Part shown: positions 1 through 7,850 of the stretch, piece after piece
How positions within the stretch are numbered: the first letter of the stretch is position 1
Layout of the letters: each line of letters begins with the position of its first letter
Assembly: GCA_030429235.1 (NCBI GenBank)
Contig: JAUIDB010000010.1
Span: 13,334 to 77,333 of the forward strand
Source of the DNA: Thermoanaerobaculia bacterium
GTDB taxonomy: Bacteria > Acidobacteriota > Thermoanaerobaculia > Multivoradales > JAIOJS01
DNA length: 64,000 bases
Reading direction: 5' to 3'
Position numbers and translations under genes: made by a program
Notes under the pieces: generated by a model
Databases searched by the model: none
Told to the model about the DNA's origin: nothing
Seen by the model: only the letters and a program-made list of their open reading frames with translations

Positions 1-2
1 GC

Positions 3-920
3 TACTTGGGCCATCTGCTGGTAGGAGGGTCGGTCCGCGACGTCGAACTAGCCAATGGCCACGCCTACCTGGCAGGCAGCGGAGGCTTTACGGTATTGGA
101 TACTTCGTCACCGTGGATGCCAACTGTGTCTGCGAGGTTTGAAACCCAGGGCCGAGCCCTTGATGTCTCGTTGGATTCTGGATTGGCCTATGTTTCCGTC
201 GATGGTCCCGAGGGCCTGTTGATTTATGACTTGGGAGACCCAGGAGTCCCGGTGCTGCTCGGTTCACTTGCGTCGGCATCCGCAGCCGAAGAGGTTTCCG
301 TTAGGGGCGGCTATGCGTTCTTGGCATCACCCTTTCTTGATCTGAAGATCGTTGATATCAGCGTTCCGTCAGCGCCAATCGAAGTTGCTTCGGTAGTAGC
401 CGGGGCCTCCCAGACGACCGCCCTCAATGGCGACTACGCCTATAGCGCCGGTTCTCAACTGGCGGTCATCGATGTCTCCGTTCCGTCCAACCCGGTGGTT
501 CTGGCCTCTCAGGGGTTGCCCTTCTCAATAAGCGACTCTGCAGTTCGCAATGGGGTGCTCTACTTCTCCTCTTCCGGCCTGCGCGTTTTTGACACTGTCG
601 ATCCTCTTTCTCCGAACCAAATCGGATTGCTGTCTCTGGCGGGAGGTTCTTCCCACGATTTGGTCCTCGAGGCCGACCTCGTCTACCTGGCTGCCGGCCT
701 AGGTGGTGTTCGGGTAGTAGATGTTTCTGCGCCCACGGCACCTCGGCAAGTAGCGTATCGCGGTACCTCGTACGCTCGTGGAATTGCGGTTGGTGGTGAT
801 CGGGTTGCTGTAGCCAAGGACGGGCAAGGTCTGTCGATTCTGCAAGGCTGCGCAGGGCTGCTTTTTGCCGATGGTTTTGAGTCCGGGGATACCGTGGCCT
901 GGCCCCAGAGTAGTCCGTAG
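3..920 (+). CDS. LVIVD-repeat beta-propeller secreted protein, 5' end outside the window, with C-terminal FADGFESGD tail
   Basis: ORF is open to the window edge. It has six to seven ~45-aa repeats, each ending in a hydrophobic-x-D-x-S-x-P strand (LLIYDLGDPGVP, LKIVDISVPSAP, LAVIDVSVPSNP, VRVVDVSAPTAP), as in LVIVD repeats. It ends LLFADGFESGDTVAWPQSSP. Confidence 0.75.
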   Translation, partial: YLGHLLVGGSVRDVELANGHAYLAGSGGFTVLDTSSPWMPTVSARFETQGRALDVSLDSGLAYVSVDGPEGLLIYDLGDPGVPVLLGSLASASAAEEVSVRGGYAFLASPFLDLKIVDISVPSAPIEVASVVAGASQTTALNGDYAYSAGSQLAVIDVSVPSNPVVLASQGLPFSISDSAVRNGVLYFSSSGLRVFDTVDPLSPNQIGLLSLAGGSSHDLVLEADLVYLAAGLGGVRVVDVSAPTAPRQVAYRGTSYARGIAVGGDRVAVAKDGQGLSILQGCAGLLFADGFESGDTVAWPQSSP

Positions 921-1197
921 CTCTTGCTCTTCAGTGGCGGCTGAACTTCGTGCCAGATGGGAGTGCGTCAAGGTGGGGTTCACCCCTTATACCGTCGTTT
1001 GTTTGGGGACTTCGCCTACGAGCCAACCGCCGAAGATCTGAGGTTTTGGAACGAGTGGGCCGAGGAAGGCAGGAGAGTACTGGGTGCGGGCCGGGTCGGA
1101 TTGCGGGAGTTGGTCGAACCGAACGGTTGGTTCCTCGAACCCTCGCTAGTTCGCGCTAGGATCGCCCCTCGAATCCAGCCACACGAGGAACGTCTCC

Positions 1198-2661
1198 ATG
1201 ATCCGACTGAACCAGCTCCGCTTGCTGACCCTCTTGGTCACGATCGCCGCCGCCCTGCTGCTTGCGAGTCCCTCCGCCTCGACGGAGGCGGGGGAGACCT
1301 CCGATCTGCTGCTGATTCTCGACGCCTCGGGGTCGATGTGGGGGCAGATCGACGGCGAGAACAAGATCGTCATCGCTCGTCGCGTCATGGCGGGCCTGAT
1401 CGAGGGGCTTCCGGACGAGAGCGAGGTGGGGCTGGTGGCCTACGGGCATCGCCGTGAGGGCGACTGCGAGGACATCGAGACCGTAGTGCCGATCGGGCCG
1501 CTCGACCGCGGTGCCCTCACCGGGCGGATCGGGGAGCTCAACCCCAAGGGCAAGACGCCGATCACGCGTTCGGTCGAGGAGGCGTTCGCCTCGGTTCGGG
1601 GGCGGGAGGAGCCGACCACGATCGTGCTGGTCAGTGATGGACTGGAGACCTGTGGGGGCGACCCCTGTGCCACCGTGCGCGCGGCGGCGGAGGAGGGGAT
1701 CGACTTCGTGCTCCACGTGGTGGGTTTCGACGTCGCCAAGGAGGACGTCTCGTCGCTCGAGTGTGCGGCCCAGGCGGGGAACGGGCTCTACCTGACGGCG
1801 GAGACCGCAGGGGAGCTGGGAGCGGCGCTGGATCGGGCGGTGGCGATGCCGGCCGAGGTGCCGGGGGGGCGGCTGTCGGTCAAGGTGATCGCCGATGGCG
1901 AACTGGCCGACGCCGCGGTCCACGTCACGCGGTCCGCCGACGGTGAAGAAGCTGGTGGCGGACGCACGTACACCAGTCCCGAGACGAATCCGCGCATCAT
2001 TCCGCTGGCCGATGGTACCTACGACGTCGAAGTGACCGCGGTCGGCCTGCGCGGCGACAACCAGCGAACCTTCGCCGAGGTGGTCATCGCCGAGGACGGC
2101 GAGATGGTGGAGAAGGTAGTCGACTTCACCGCCGGCGAGGTCACGATCGAGGTCACCCGCAACGGCGAGCTCTCGGACGCCACCGTCCGCGCCTACCGCA
2201 GCGGCACCACCGAGCAGGTCGATGCCAGCCGGAGCTACGCCGCTTCCTCCTCGAACCCGGTACGGTTTCGCCTCACCGCCGGCACCTACGACGTAGAGAT
2301 CGGCTCGGTCGAGATGAGCGACAAACCCGAGCACCGCTGGGAAGGCGTGGTCATCGAACCGGGCGGACTCGCCGAACTCTCGCACGACTTCACCAGCGGC
2401 ACCTTGAAGGTCGGCGCCACCCTGGCCGGCGAACTGGTCGACGCCACCACCTCGGTCCGCCGGGTCTCCGACGGCAAGGCAGTGGCCCAGGGCCGAACCT
2501 ACACGAGCCCCAAGTCGAATCCCAAGACCTGGGATCTCGCTCCTGGCCGCTACCGAGTTACGGTCAAGGGGGTACGGCTCGAGGGGGATCCCCGCCGGGA
2601 GGTCGAGTTGGAGGTCCGGGCAGGTGAGATCACCGAGACGATGGTTGAGTTCGACGGGTGA
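1198..2661 (+). CDS. Secreted von Willebrand factor type A (VWA) domain protein with three C-terminal ~88-aa tandem repeats
   Basis: Signal peptide LLTLLVTIAAALLLASPSAS. MIDAS-type DxSxS motif in LLLILDASGSMWG, followed by VSDGLETCGG. Three similar modules run from about nt 1864 to 2658. GAGGA lies upstream of the ATG. Confidence 0.85.
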   Translation: MIRLNQLRLLTLLVTIAAALLLASPSASTEAGETSDLLLILDASGSMWGQIDGENKIVIARRVMAGLIEGLPDESEVGLVAYGHRREGDCEDIETVVPIGPLDRGALTGRIGELNPKGKTPITRSVEEAFASVRGREEPTTIVLVSDGLETCGGDPCATVRAAAEEGIDFVLHVVGFDVAKEDVSSLECAAQAGNGLYLTAETAGELGAALDRAVAMPAEVPGGRLSVKVIADGELADAAVHVTRSADGEEAGGGRTYTSPETNPRIIPLADGTYDVEVTAVGLRGDNQRTFAEVVIAEDGEMVEKVVDFTAGEVTIEVTRNGELSDATVRAYRSGTTEQVDASRSYAASSSNPVRFRLTAGTYDVEIGSVEMSDKPEHRWEGVVIEPGGLAELSHDFTSGTLKVGATLAGELVDATTSVRRVSDGKAVAQGRTYTSPKSNPKTWDLAPGRYRVTVKGVRLEGDPRREVELEVRAGEITETMVEFDG

Positions 2662-2688
2662 AAGCTAGGCCGTTCCTTGAAGGGATGG

Positions 2689-3672
2689 CTACTTGCGAGG
2701 GGAGGCCTGCAGAACCGTGTTCAGTACCCCGTCGACGACGGTAGCCATCCGTTCATAGTCCAGCGTGTCGGCAGTGTCCGAGGACGTGTGGTAGTTGGGA
2801 TTCCTCATGAAGGCGGTGTCCGTCACCATCACAGCGTCGTATCCGTTGCGCCAGTAGTTGCGGTGGTCGGAAGCATCGATCCCCATTACCACGGGTCCGT
2901 TGAAGCTGAAGACTGGGATGGTGGAAGCGCCTCTGAACGACTTCTTGGCGTGGGCGGTGAGCCAGGCGTCTTCTGAGCGACCCACCACGGCGATGAAGTT
3001 CCCGTGGTCCGGGTAGAAGAGATCCAGGATCCAGCTGGGCCATGGCTGCTCGTCGACGAAGTAGCCGATCATCTCCAGGTTGATCATCCCCCAGATCTCC
3101 TGCTCCTCGGCGCCCAATAGGTCCGCGTGCACTCGGCTCCCCATGAGTGGGGAAGCGTAGAAGGGCGGCTCTTCCAGGGTGAAAGCGACCAGGGTTACCG
3201 GGAGCTTCGGCTGGGTGGCGCCGAGCAGCCGTGCTAGCTCCAGAAGGCCGGCCGTGCCGCTCGCATTGTCGTCAGCCCCTGGGAACTCGCCAAACAGAGT
3301 GAAGGCATCGTAGTGGGCTCCCACCACGACTCTGGGTCCCTCGTGCGGTCCAAACTCGGCGATCACGTTGTGGTAGTCGGATCCGTTCGCCGGGAAGGTC
3401 TGAAGGCGTACTCGGTCCGAGTACTGCTCGAACAGATCGGCGATGTAGTTGGCGGCTCGGGCGAGATTCTCCGGGTTGTCGCTCCCTCTCGGTACGACCT
3501 TCGTGGTCAGGAAGCGAGTGTGGGCCTCTAGAAGGTCAGCCCGCGCCCGATCGTGGGTCAGATCCTCGAAGTGGCCGAGGGAAGGCCGGCGGAGCACGAA
3601 GCAGGCGGTCGCGAGGAGTGTGAGCGCCAGGATTCCGGCAATCGTGAGGATTCGTAGTAGGCGGCGGAGCAC
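2689..3672 (-). CDS. M28 family metallo-aminopeptidase, membrane-anchored or secreted
   Basis: N-terminal hydrophobic anchor. Motifs VVGAHYDA and PGADDNASGTAGLLELARLL are typical of peptidase M28. Confidence 0.85.
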   Translation of the reverse strand: MLRRLLRILTIAGILALTLLATACFVLRRPSLGHFEDLTHDRARADLLEAHTRFLTTKVVPRGSDNPENLARAANYIADLFEQYSDRVRLQTFPANGSDYHNVIAEFGPHEGPRVVVGAHYDAFTLFGEFPGADDNASGTAGLLELARLLGATQPKLPVTLVAFTLEEPPFYASPLMGSRVHADLLGAEEQEIWGMINLEMIGYFVDEQPWPSWILDLFYPDHGNFIAVVGRSEDAWLTAHAKKSFRGASTIPVFSFNGPVVMGIDASDHRNYWRNGYDAVMVTDTAFMRNPNYHTSSDTADTLDYERMATVVDGVLNTVLQASPRK

Positions 3673-3934
3673 ACTGGTTCTACGCTGTGGCCGAGAGAAC
3701 CGTCCAACGTGTGAGTTTCTGGCCGGACCGCGGCGACCGCGGGAGTTCCTGTCTCACCAGACGGACCATTGTGCGGTTTGCGAGCCGGCTCGATAGCAAC
3801 TGATGAAGCTCCCCACTGACTGAGGGCAGTTCCTGCTCGTGCTTCAACTGCTTCTTTGGGTTCGAGGCGAGTGGAGTAGGCGGAAGTGCAGCCGGTGCTT
3901 GCTCTGCATTCGTCGAGACACTCGATGGTCCACG

Positions 3935-3950
3935 TGGCACGTCAGTTGCT
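3935..3950 (+). promoter_or_regulatory. Sigma-54 (-24/-12) promoter candidate upstream of the Kelch-like gene
   Basis: TGGCACGTCAGTTGCT matches the consensus TGGCACG-N4-TTGCW at every specified position. It lies in a 400-nt intergenic region, about 120 nt upstream of the ATG at 4073. Confidence 0.6.
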
Positions 3951-4072
3951 CCTAGGACGATCGAAGCGCGCTGATCAGAAGGATGGTCCTCCACCGCGCG
4001 GACGCATCGATCCGATGCTCACACCAAGTTGTGCGGTGACCAAGAACGAATTGCTAACGAAGGGGAACAAAT

Positions 4073-5392
4073 ATGTTCAATCTCAAGAATCTAGTCATCG
4101 CGACGATTTGCCTTCTGGCGATCCCGGCTGTGCTGCCGGCGCAGTGGGTAATCAACGGTTGGATGCCGGCGGGCACGGTACCGATCGACTACCCGCCCAG
4201 TCCGTTCTTTGCTGCAAGCTACCAGGGACACCTGTTCGTAATGGATGGAGTGACCGCTTGGGTTGGAGAGGTAGACCCCTCGACCGGCAACATCCTGAGC
4301 TGGGAGGAAACCACGGCACCCGATCGGACCCAGTACCGAGCAGCTTTGGTGCCCACGAGTGCGGCCGTCGTGGGTGACTACATCGTGATACCCCATGAAC
4401 CCGAGTCGCTGGTCGCTCGGTTCAACAGCGACGGATCGATCGACGGGGACTGGCTTCCAGCCCCCGGACTCGTCAATGCAAGAGCCACGACCGGTGTTGG
4501 AGCGACCGCCGTGTCAGGCTCCTTCCTCTACGTCGTGGGGGGACATGGGCCCGGCTCGGCCCTGGGACGTGTAGAGGGAACTCTCGTCAACCAGGACGGC
4601 ACCCTGGCTCCCTGGCAAGACCTTGGATCCCTACCGGCCCCCGTGATCCTCCACGACCCAAGGGCTGATGTGATCGATGGCTTCCTCTACGTGTTCGGAG
4701 GAGAAGGAACGTCGCCTTCGGGCTCCTTGACCCACTCTCGGAACGTTCACCGGGCCCAGATTCAGCCAGACGGTACGCTTGGATCCTGGGTCAAGGTCGG
4801 TGACATGCTGCAGGCTCGCCCGCATGCCGGCCACCTGCTTGCAAACGGATCCGTCCATGTGGTTGCCGGCGGTGTTCACTCCTACATGACAAGTTCGGTG
4901 GAGTCAGCGACTCTTGCCGAGTTTGGGGAGACCGGGAGTCATATCCAGAACGCTCCCTTGCCCTACTCTCCGGGCCTCAACGAACTGGCTACGGCCGTAG
5001 TGGGGTCTTGGGGTTACGTCGTTGGTGGGAACACCCGACCGTTCGGTGGTGGTTTGGTTGCGGATGTTCTCGTCGCTCAGCTCGCACCCCTTTGCTCGGC
5101 CGATGGCGGCCCGTTTCATTTCGTTCGTCGACGTGGGAAGCCCAGGACAGAGTCTGCATCCTGGGTCGGATGCGGGGGCTCAGGGACGCTGCGGATCCTC
5201 AACAGCGGCACTTCTTCCGCGGTTGTTGTGCTCAACGGGGGCGAAGTAGCAGGGCCACAAGACTTCAACCCCAACGTGCAGGTCCTCGAGATTCCGATTC
5301 TGGACCTACCGACCGAGAACACCTTGGAGGTGACCATGAGGGGAGCTCCGGGTTCGAGTCTGCAGATCTCGTTCATAGCAGCAGGCTCTTGA
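4073..5392 (+). CDS. Secreted Kelch-like beta-propeller repeat protein with C-terminal beta-sandwich region
   Basis: Signal peptide MFNLKNLVIATICLLAIPAVLPAQ. Recurrent blade signatures with a GG doublet: FLYVVGGHG, FLYVFGGEG, VHVVAGGV, GYVVGGNT. Composition is lower in GC than the neighbouring genes. Confidence 0.7.
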   Translation: MFNLKNLVIATICLLAIPAVLPAQWVINGWMPAGTVPIDYPPSPFFAASYQGHLFVMDGVTAWVGEVDPSTGNILSWEETTAPDRTQYRAALVPTSAAVVGDYIVIPHEPESLVARFNSDGSIDGDWLPAPGLVNARATTGVGATAVSGSFLYVVGGHGPGSALGRVEGTLVNQDGTLAPWQDLGSLPAPVILHDPRADVIDGFLYVFGGEGTSPSGSLTHSRNVHRAQIQPDGTLGSWVKVGDMLQARPHAGHLLANGSVHVVAGGVHSYMTSSVESATLAEFGETGSHIQNAPLPYSPGLNELATAVVGSWGYVVGGNTRPFGGGLVADVLVAQLAPLCSADGGPFHFVRRRGKPRTESASWVGCGGSGTLRILNSGTSSAVVVLNGGEVAGPQDFNPNVQVLEIPILDLPTENTLEVTMRGAPGSSLQISFIAAGS

Positions 5393-5420
5393 TTCCGGCC
5401 CCTTCGCTTCAGTTGGCGAG

Positions 5421-5459
5421 CAAGACCACAGTAGGCCAGGGCGTCCTACTGTGGTCTTG
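5421..5459. terminator. Perfect 15-bp stem hairpin between convergent genes (probable bidirectional terminator, no clear U-tract)
   Basis: CAAGACCACAGTAGG (5421-5435), 9-nt loop, CCTACTGTGGTCTTG (5445-5459). It sits 29 nt after the stop of 4073..5392 and lies between that gene and 5686..6804(-). Confidence 0.5.
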
Positions 5460-5685
5460 GGCCTGATGATCGAGACTCTCTATCCAGGACCAGAGCTCCT
5501 TGGCTCGCCCGAAGTCGTACTGGGGCACCGGCGTCGGAGCCGGGCGCGTTCTTTGGGCGACGTTTCGGTCGCGATGAGCTTCGGTTTTGGGAGTAAGAAC
5601 AGGCGACGATCGTGTCACCGGAAGTGGCTGCAGGTCATAGCATGGCCAAACTAGGACCGAGCTGGATCATCACTCCTTGGGTTCG

Positions 5686-6804
5686 CTAGCCCGTCCTTGG
5701 CGACCTACGCGATGGTGAGATCGCGGCTGAGCTTGCCCGGAAGAAGATCAACGCCGAGAGTAGCGGGCCACCGAGTATGAGCATGAATCCAGAGAACGCC
5801 CTCACAGCCACGTTCTGAATACTGAGGTAGTAGTCCACGAGATGACTCGAGTATTGCCAGGCGTATTGGACCGTGGCGATCGCGATGAGGGCTGAGATAG
5901 CCGGTGCGGCATACCGACGGAGCCACTCTTGGCGTTTGAAGAATGCCGAGATGGGAGCCACTAGAACGGAAAACACCACCAGCATTACGGTCAAGGCCAC
6001 AGAAGCCCGAATCCAGAGGTTCATAACGCCCTTCTGGGTCAACAGGTCTCTCATTCGCTGGCTTTTGGCATGGTCTCGTGCTAGCTTGCCATCCAGGTCT
6101 CGAATGTTGACGTCAGCTCCCATGGCGATTAGTACTTCCGCTACCTGTGTGTAGTCCTCTCTGACCGCGGCCATCAACGGTGTAGTGCCGTCCTGTGCAG
6201 TCGCATCGACTTCGAGGTGTCTTCCGCTGTCTCCGATCTCGGTGAGGATTTCATGGTGACCCCGGGCCGCTACAAACCACAGTGGCGCCGCACCTTCAGG
6301 CCCACCTTTCAGGTTCAGGTTCGCACCGCCGCTGACGAGTTCCCGGAAGACCTCCAGTCGGCCCCGTTTGGCAGCAATGACGAGGGGTGTCTCTCCAAGG
6401 CTGTTTCTCGTGTCGATGTCTGGCATCCTGTCTTGAGCTAGGAGGAGCCTCAGGGTCTGCGTATCTGCGTTTCTTGCGGCTACGTGTAGGACAGTGTCTC
6501 CTGGGGCCATTTCCACAGAGTCGCCTGCTCCCTCAGGGACACGAAGAAAGGCGTCGGCTCCGTTGGCAAGAAGAAGTCGTGCTAATCCGGTACGGCTTCG
6601 GGAGATCGCCCAGAGCAGGGCTGAGATGCCCTCTCCATCCAGTTGGTTCGCATCGCCGGTGTTGGCCAGAGCCGAGAAGAGTTCCTTGACGTTCCCGGAC
6701 TTGGCTGCGGAGACCAGTTTCCCCTCGTTCGCCGCCGCTTGGCTGCTTGCCACGGTAGTCGCAGCCAGCACAAGAGCCACTTTTCCAGCTATACCGAGAT
6801 TCAC
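5686..6804 (-). CDS. Ankyrin-repeat protein with N-terminal signal/anchor and C-terminal multi-pass membrane domain
   Basis: Several ANK units (GISALLWAISRSRTGLARLLLANGAD, DTVLHVAARNADTQTLRLLL, ETPLVIAAKRGRLEVFRELVSGGAN, TTPLMAAVREDYTQVAEVLIAMGADVN). Four hydrophobic helices at the C-terminus. The GTG start overlaps the upstream stop (GTGA). Confidence 0.8.
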   Translation of the reverse strand: MNLGIAGKVALVLAATTVASSQAAANEGKLVSAAKSGNVKELFSALANTGDANQLDGEGISALLWAISRSRTGLARLLLANGADAFLRVPEGAGDSVEMAPGDTVLHVAARNADTQTLRLLLAQDRMPDIDTRNSLGETPLVIAAKRGRLEVFRELVSGGANLNLKGGPEGAAPLWFVAARGHHEILTEIGDSGRHLEVDATAQDGTTPLMAAVREDYTQVAEVLIAMGADVNIRDLDGKLARDHAKSQRMRDLLTQKGVMNLWIRASVALTVMLVVFSVLVAPISAFFKRQEWLRRYAAPAISALIAIATVQYAWQYSSHLVDYYLSIQNVAVRAFSGFMLILGGPLLSALIFFRASSAAISPSRRSPRTG

Positions 6805-7619
6805 CGAGACTCACCCTTCCGAGACAGTTCGAGTTGAATTGATTGGAGTGACTCCCCAGTTCCTGCTAGGAAGCGAGATACCGCCTGCTTTTTTTCTGGC
6901 CGGAGATCTAGGGTTGCCGGACAGAGCCTCTTCTTCGTACAGCTGATACGGGATCGTTCCCACTCGTCTATGGATTGCGCCAACTCGAGCAGTCGAAGCG
7001 CTACGGTTTCTCGCTGTCGTTCGTAGCTATCGATTCTGTGAGACAGGGTGTTCTCGGTCCGTTCGGTTGTCTCCCGGACCGCAGTGAGTTCCTTTTTCGT
7101 CTCATAGAGCTGTTCGAGTGTTTCGTTGGCTTTGGCTTGCAGGTCCACAAGTTCGTCCTCGACGGTTTGTATGTGCGCCCCGACCCCAGCGAGTAGAAGC
7201 TCGAAACTCGTACGGATTTCCGAGCGCACTTCGTCGTCGTAGTTCTGAAGCTGCCCCTCCACTTGACGAAAGACCTTCTCTCGATGATCGTTAAAGGCGC
7301 TGGGAATTTGGTCTACGTACTGCATCACCTGCTCGTTGAGTTCGAGGTGTCTACGCACCAGATCGTCGTGTTCACTCCGAAGTACTGATAGCTCGACTTC
7401 GTGAATCCGGAGTTCCTTCCGGAGGTCGGCCGTCAACTCGTTCGCTCGCTGAAGCTGATCTGAACAGCCCTGGCCTTCGGACCTGCATCTCTTGAGATCC
7501 CTTTCGCAGCAGGCTGCGGTGCCACTGATAAGAAAGACGAGCAGTAGCCGAGTCGGCAACGAGCGGCTCCGGCGGTGGAGGCTCCTTTCAGATCGAACCA
7601 TCATGGATTCTTTGTCCAT
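6801..7619 (-). CDS. Coiled-coil protein, possible lipoprotein, translationally coupled to the ankyrin gene
   Basis: N-terminus LLLVFLISGTAACC (lipobox-like). The rest is heptad-rich and E/L/R/Q-rich. The 4-nt GTGA overlap with the start of 5686..6804 supports co-expression. Confidence 0.6.
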   Translation of the reverse strand: MDKESMMVRSERSLHRRSRSLPTRLLLVFLISGTAACCERDLKRCRSEGQGCSDQLQRANELTADLRKELRIHEVELSVLRSEHDDLVRRHLELNEQVMQYVDQIPSAFNDHREKVFRQVEGQLQNYDDEVRSEIRTSFELLLAGVGAHIQTVEDELVDLQAKANETLEQLYETKKELTAVRETTERTENTLSHRIDSYERQRETVALRLLELAQSIDEWERSRISCTKKRLCPATLDLRPEKKQAVSRFLAGTGESLQSIQLELSRKGESR

Positions 7620-7850
7620 CCGATCTCCTTCTTCCGAGGCCTTCTCGGGCGGCCTTCACAAAACAACTCGTGGGGCCATGGATCTGCAAGGCCCGGGCCA
7701 AGCCCTCCCGGAGGCCTGGGTATGTCTGGACGCGATTTCCGGCGCGACCCCGAGTGCAAGCAGGTGAAGAGACTGGCTGTGGACGTTGCTAAGCTAGTGT
7801 CTACCCGTGTCTCTCGGAAGATGCGCGCTCCTGACACAATAGGGCCAGCA

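Noticed and set aside
957-1457. ORF 957..1457, whose first ~80 residues look protein-like (DLRFWNEWAEEGRRVLG...).
   Set aside because: It runs 260 nt into the well-supported VWA gene in another frame, where its translation turns into Arg/Gly noise. It has no RBS and no recognisable family. At most it is a gene remnant.
1156-2385. Long antisense or alternative-frame ORFs opposite well-supported genes. Examples: 1156..2385(-), 8622..9575(-), 15122..16624(-), 30044..32305(-), 37711..39084(-), 45474..47414(-), 48377..50095(+), 57137..58228(-), 59734..60738(+).
   Set aside because: Their translations are Arg/Pro/Gly/Ala-rich low-complexity strings without motifs. They overlap genes with clear domain signatures. 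Such shadow ORFs are expected in ~70% GC DNA because stop codons are rare.
7774-7790. Sigma-54-like motif TGGCTGTGGACGTTGCT upstream of the Ser/Thr kinase gene.
   Set aside because: The GG-to-GC spacing is one nucleotide too long relative to TGGCAC-N5-TTGC, and sigma-54 promoters tolerate spacing changes poorly.
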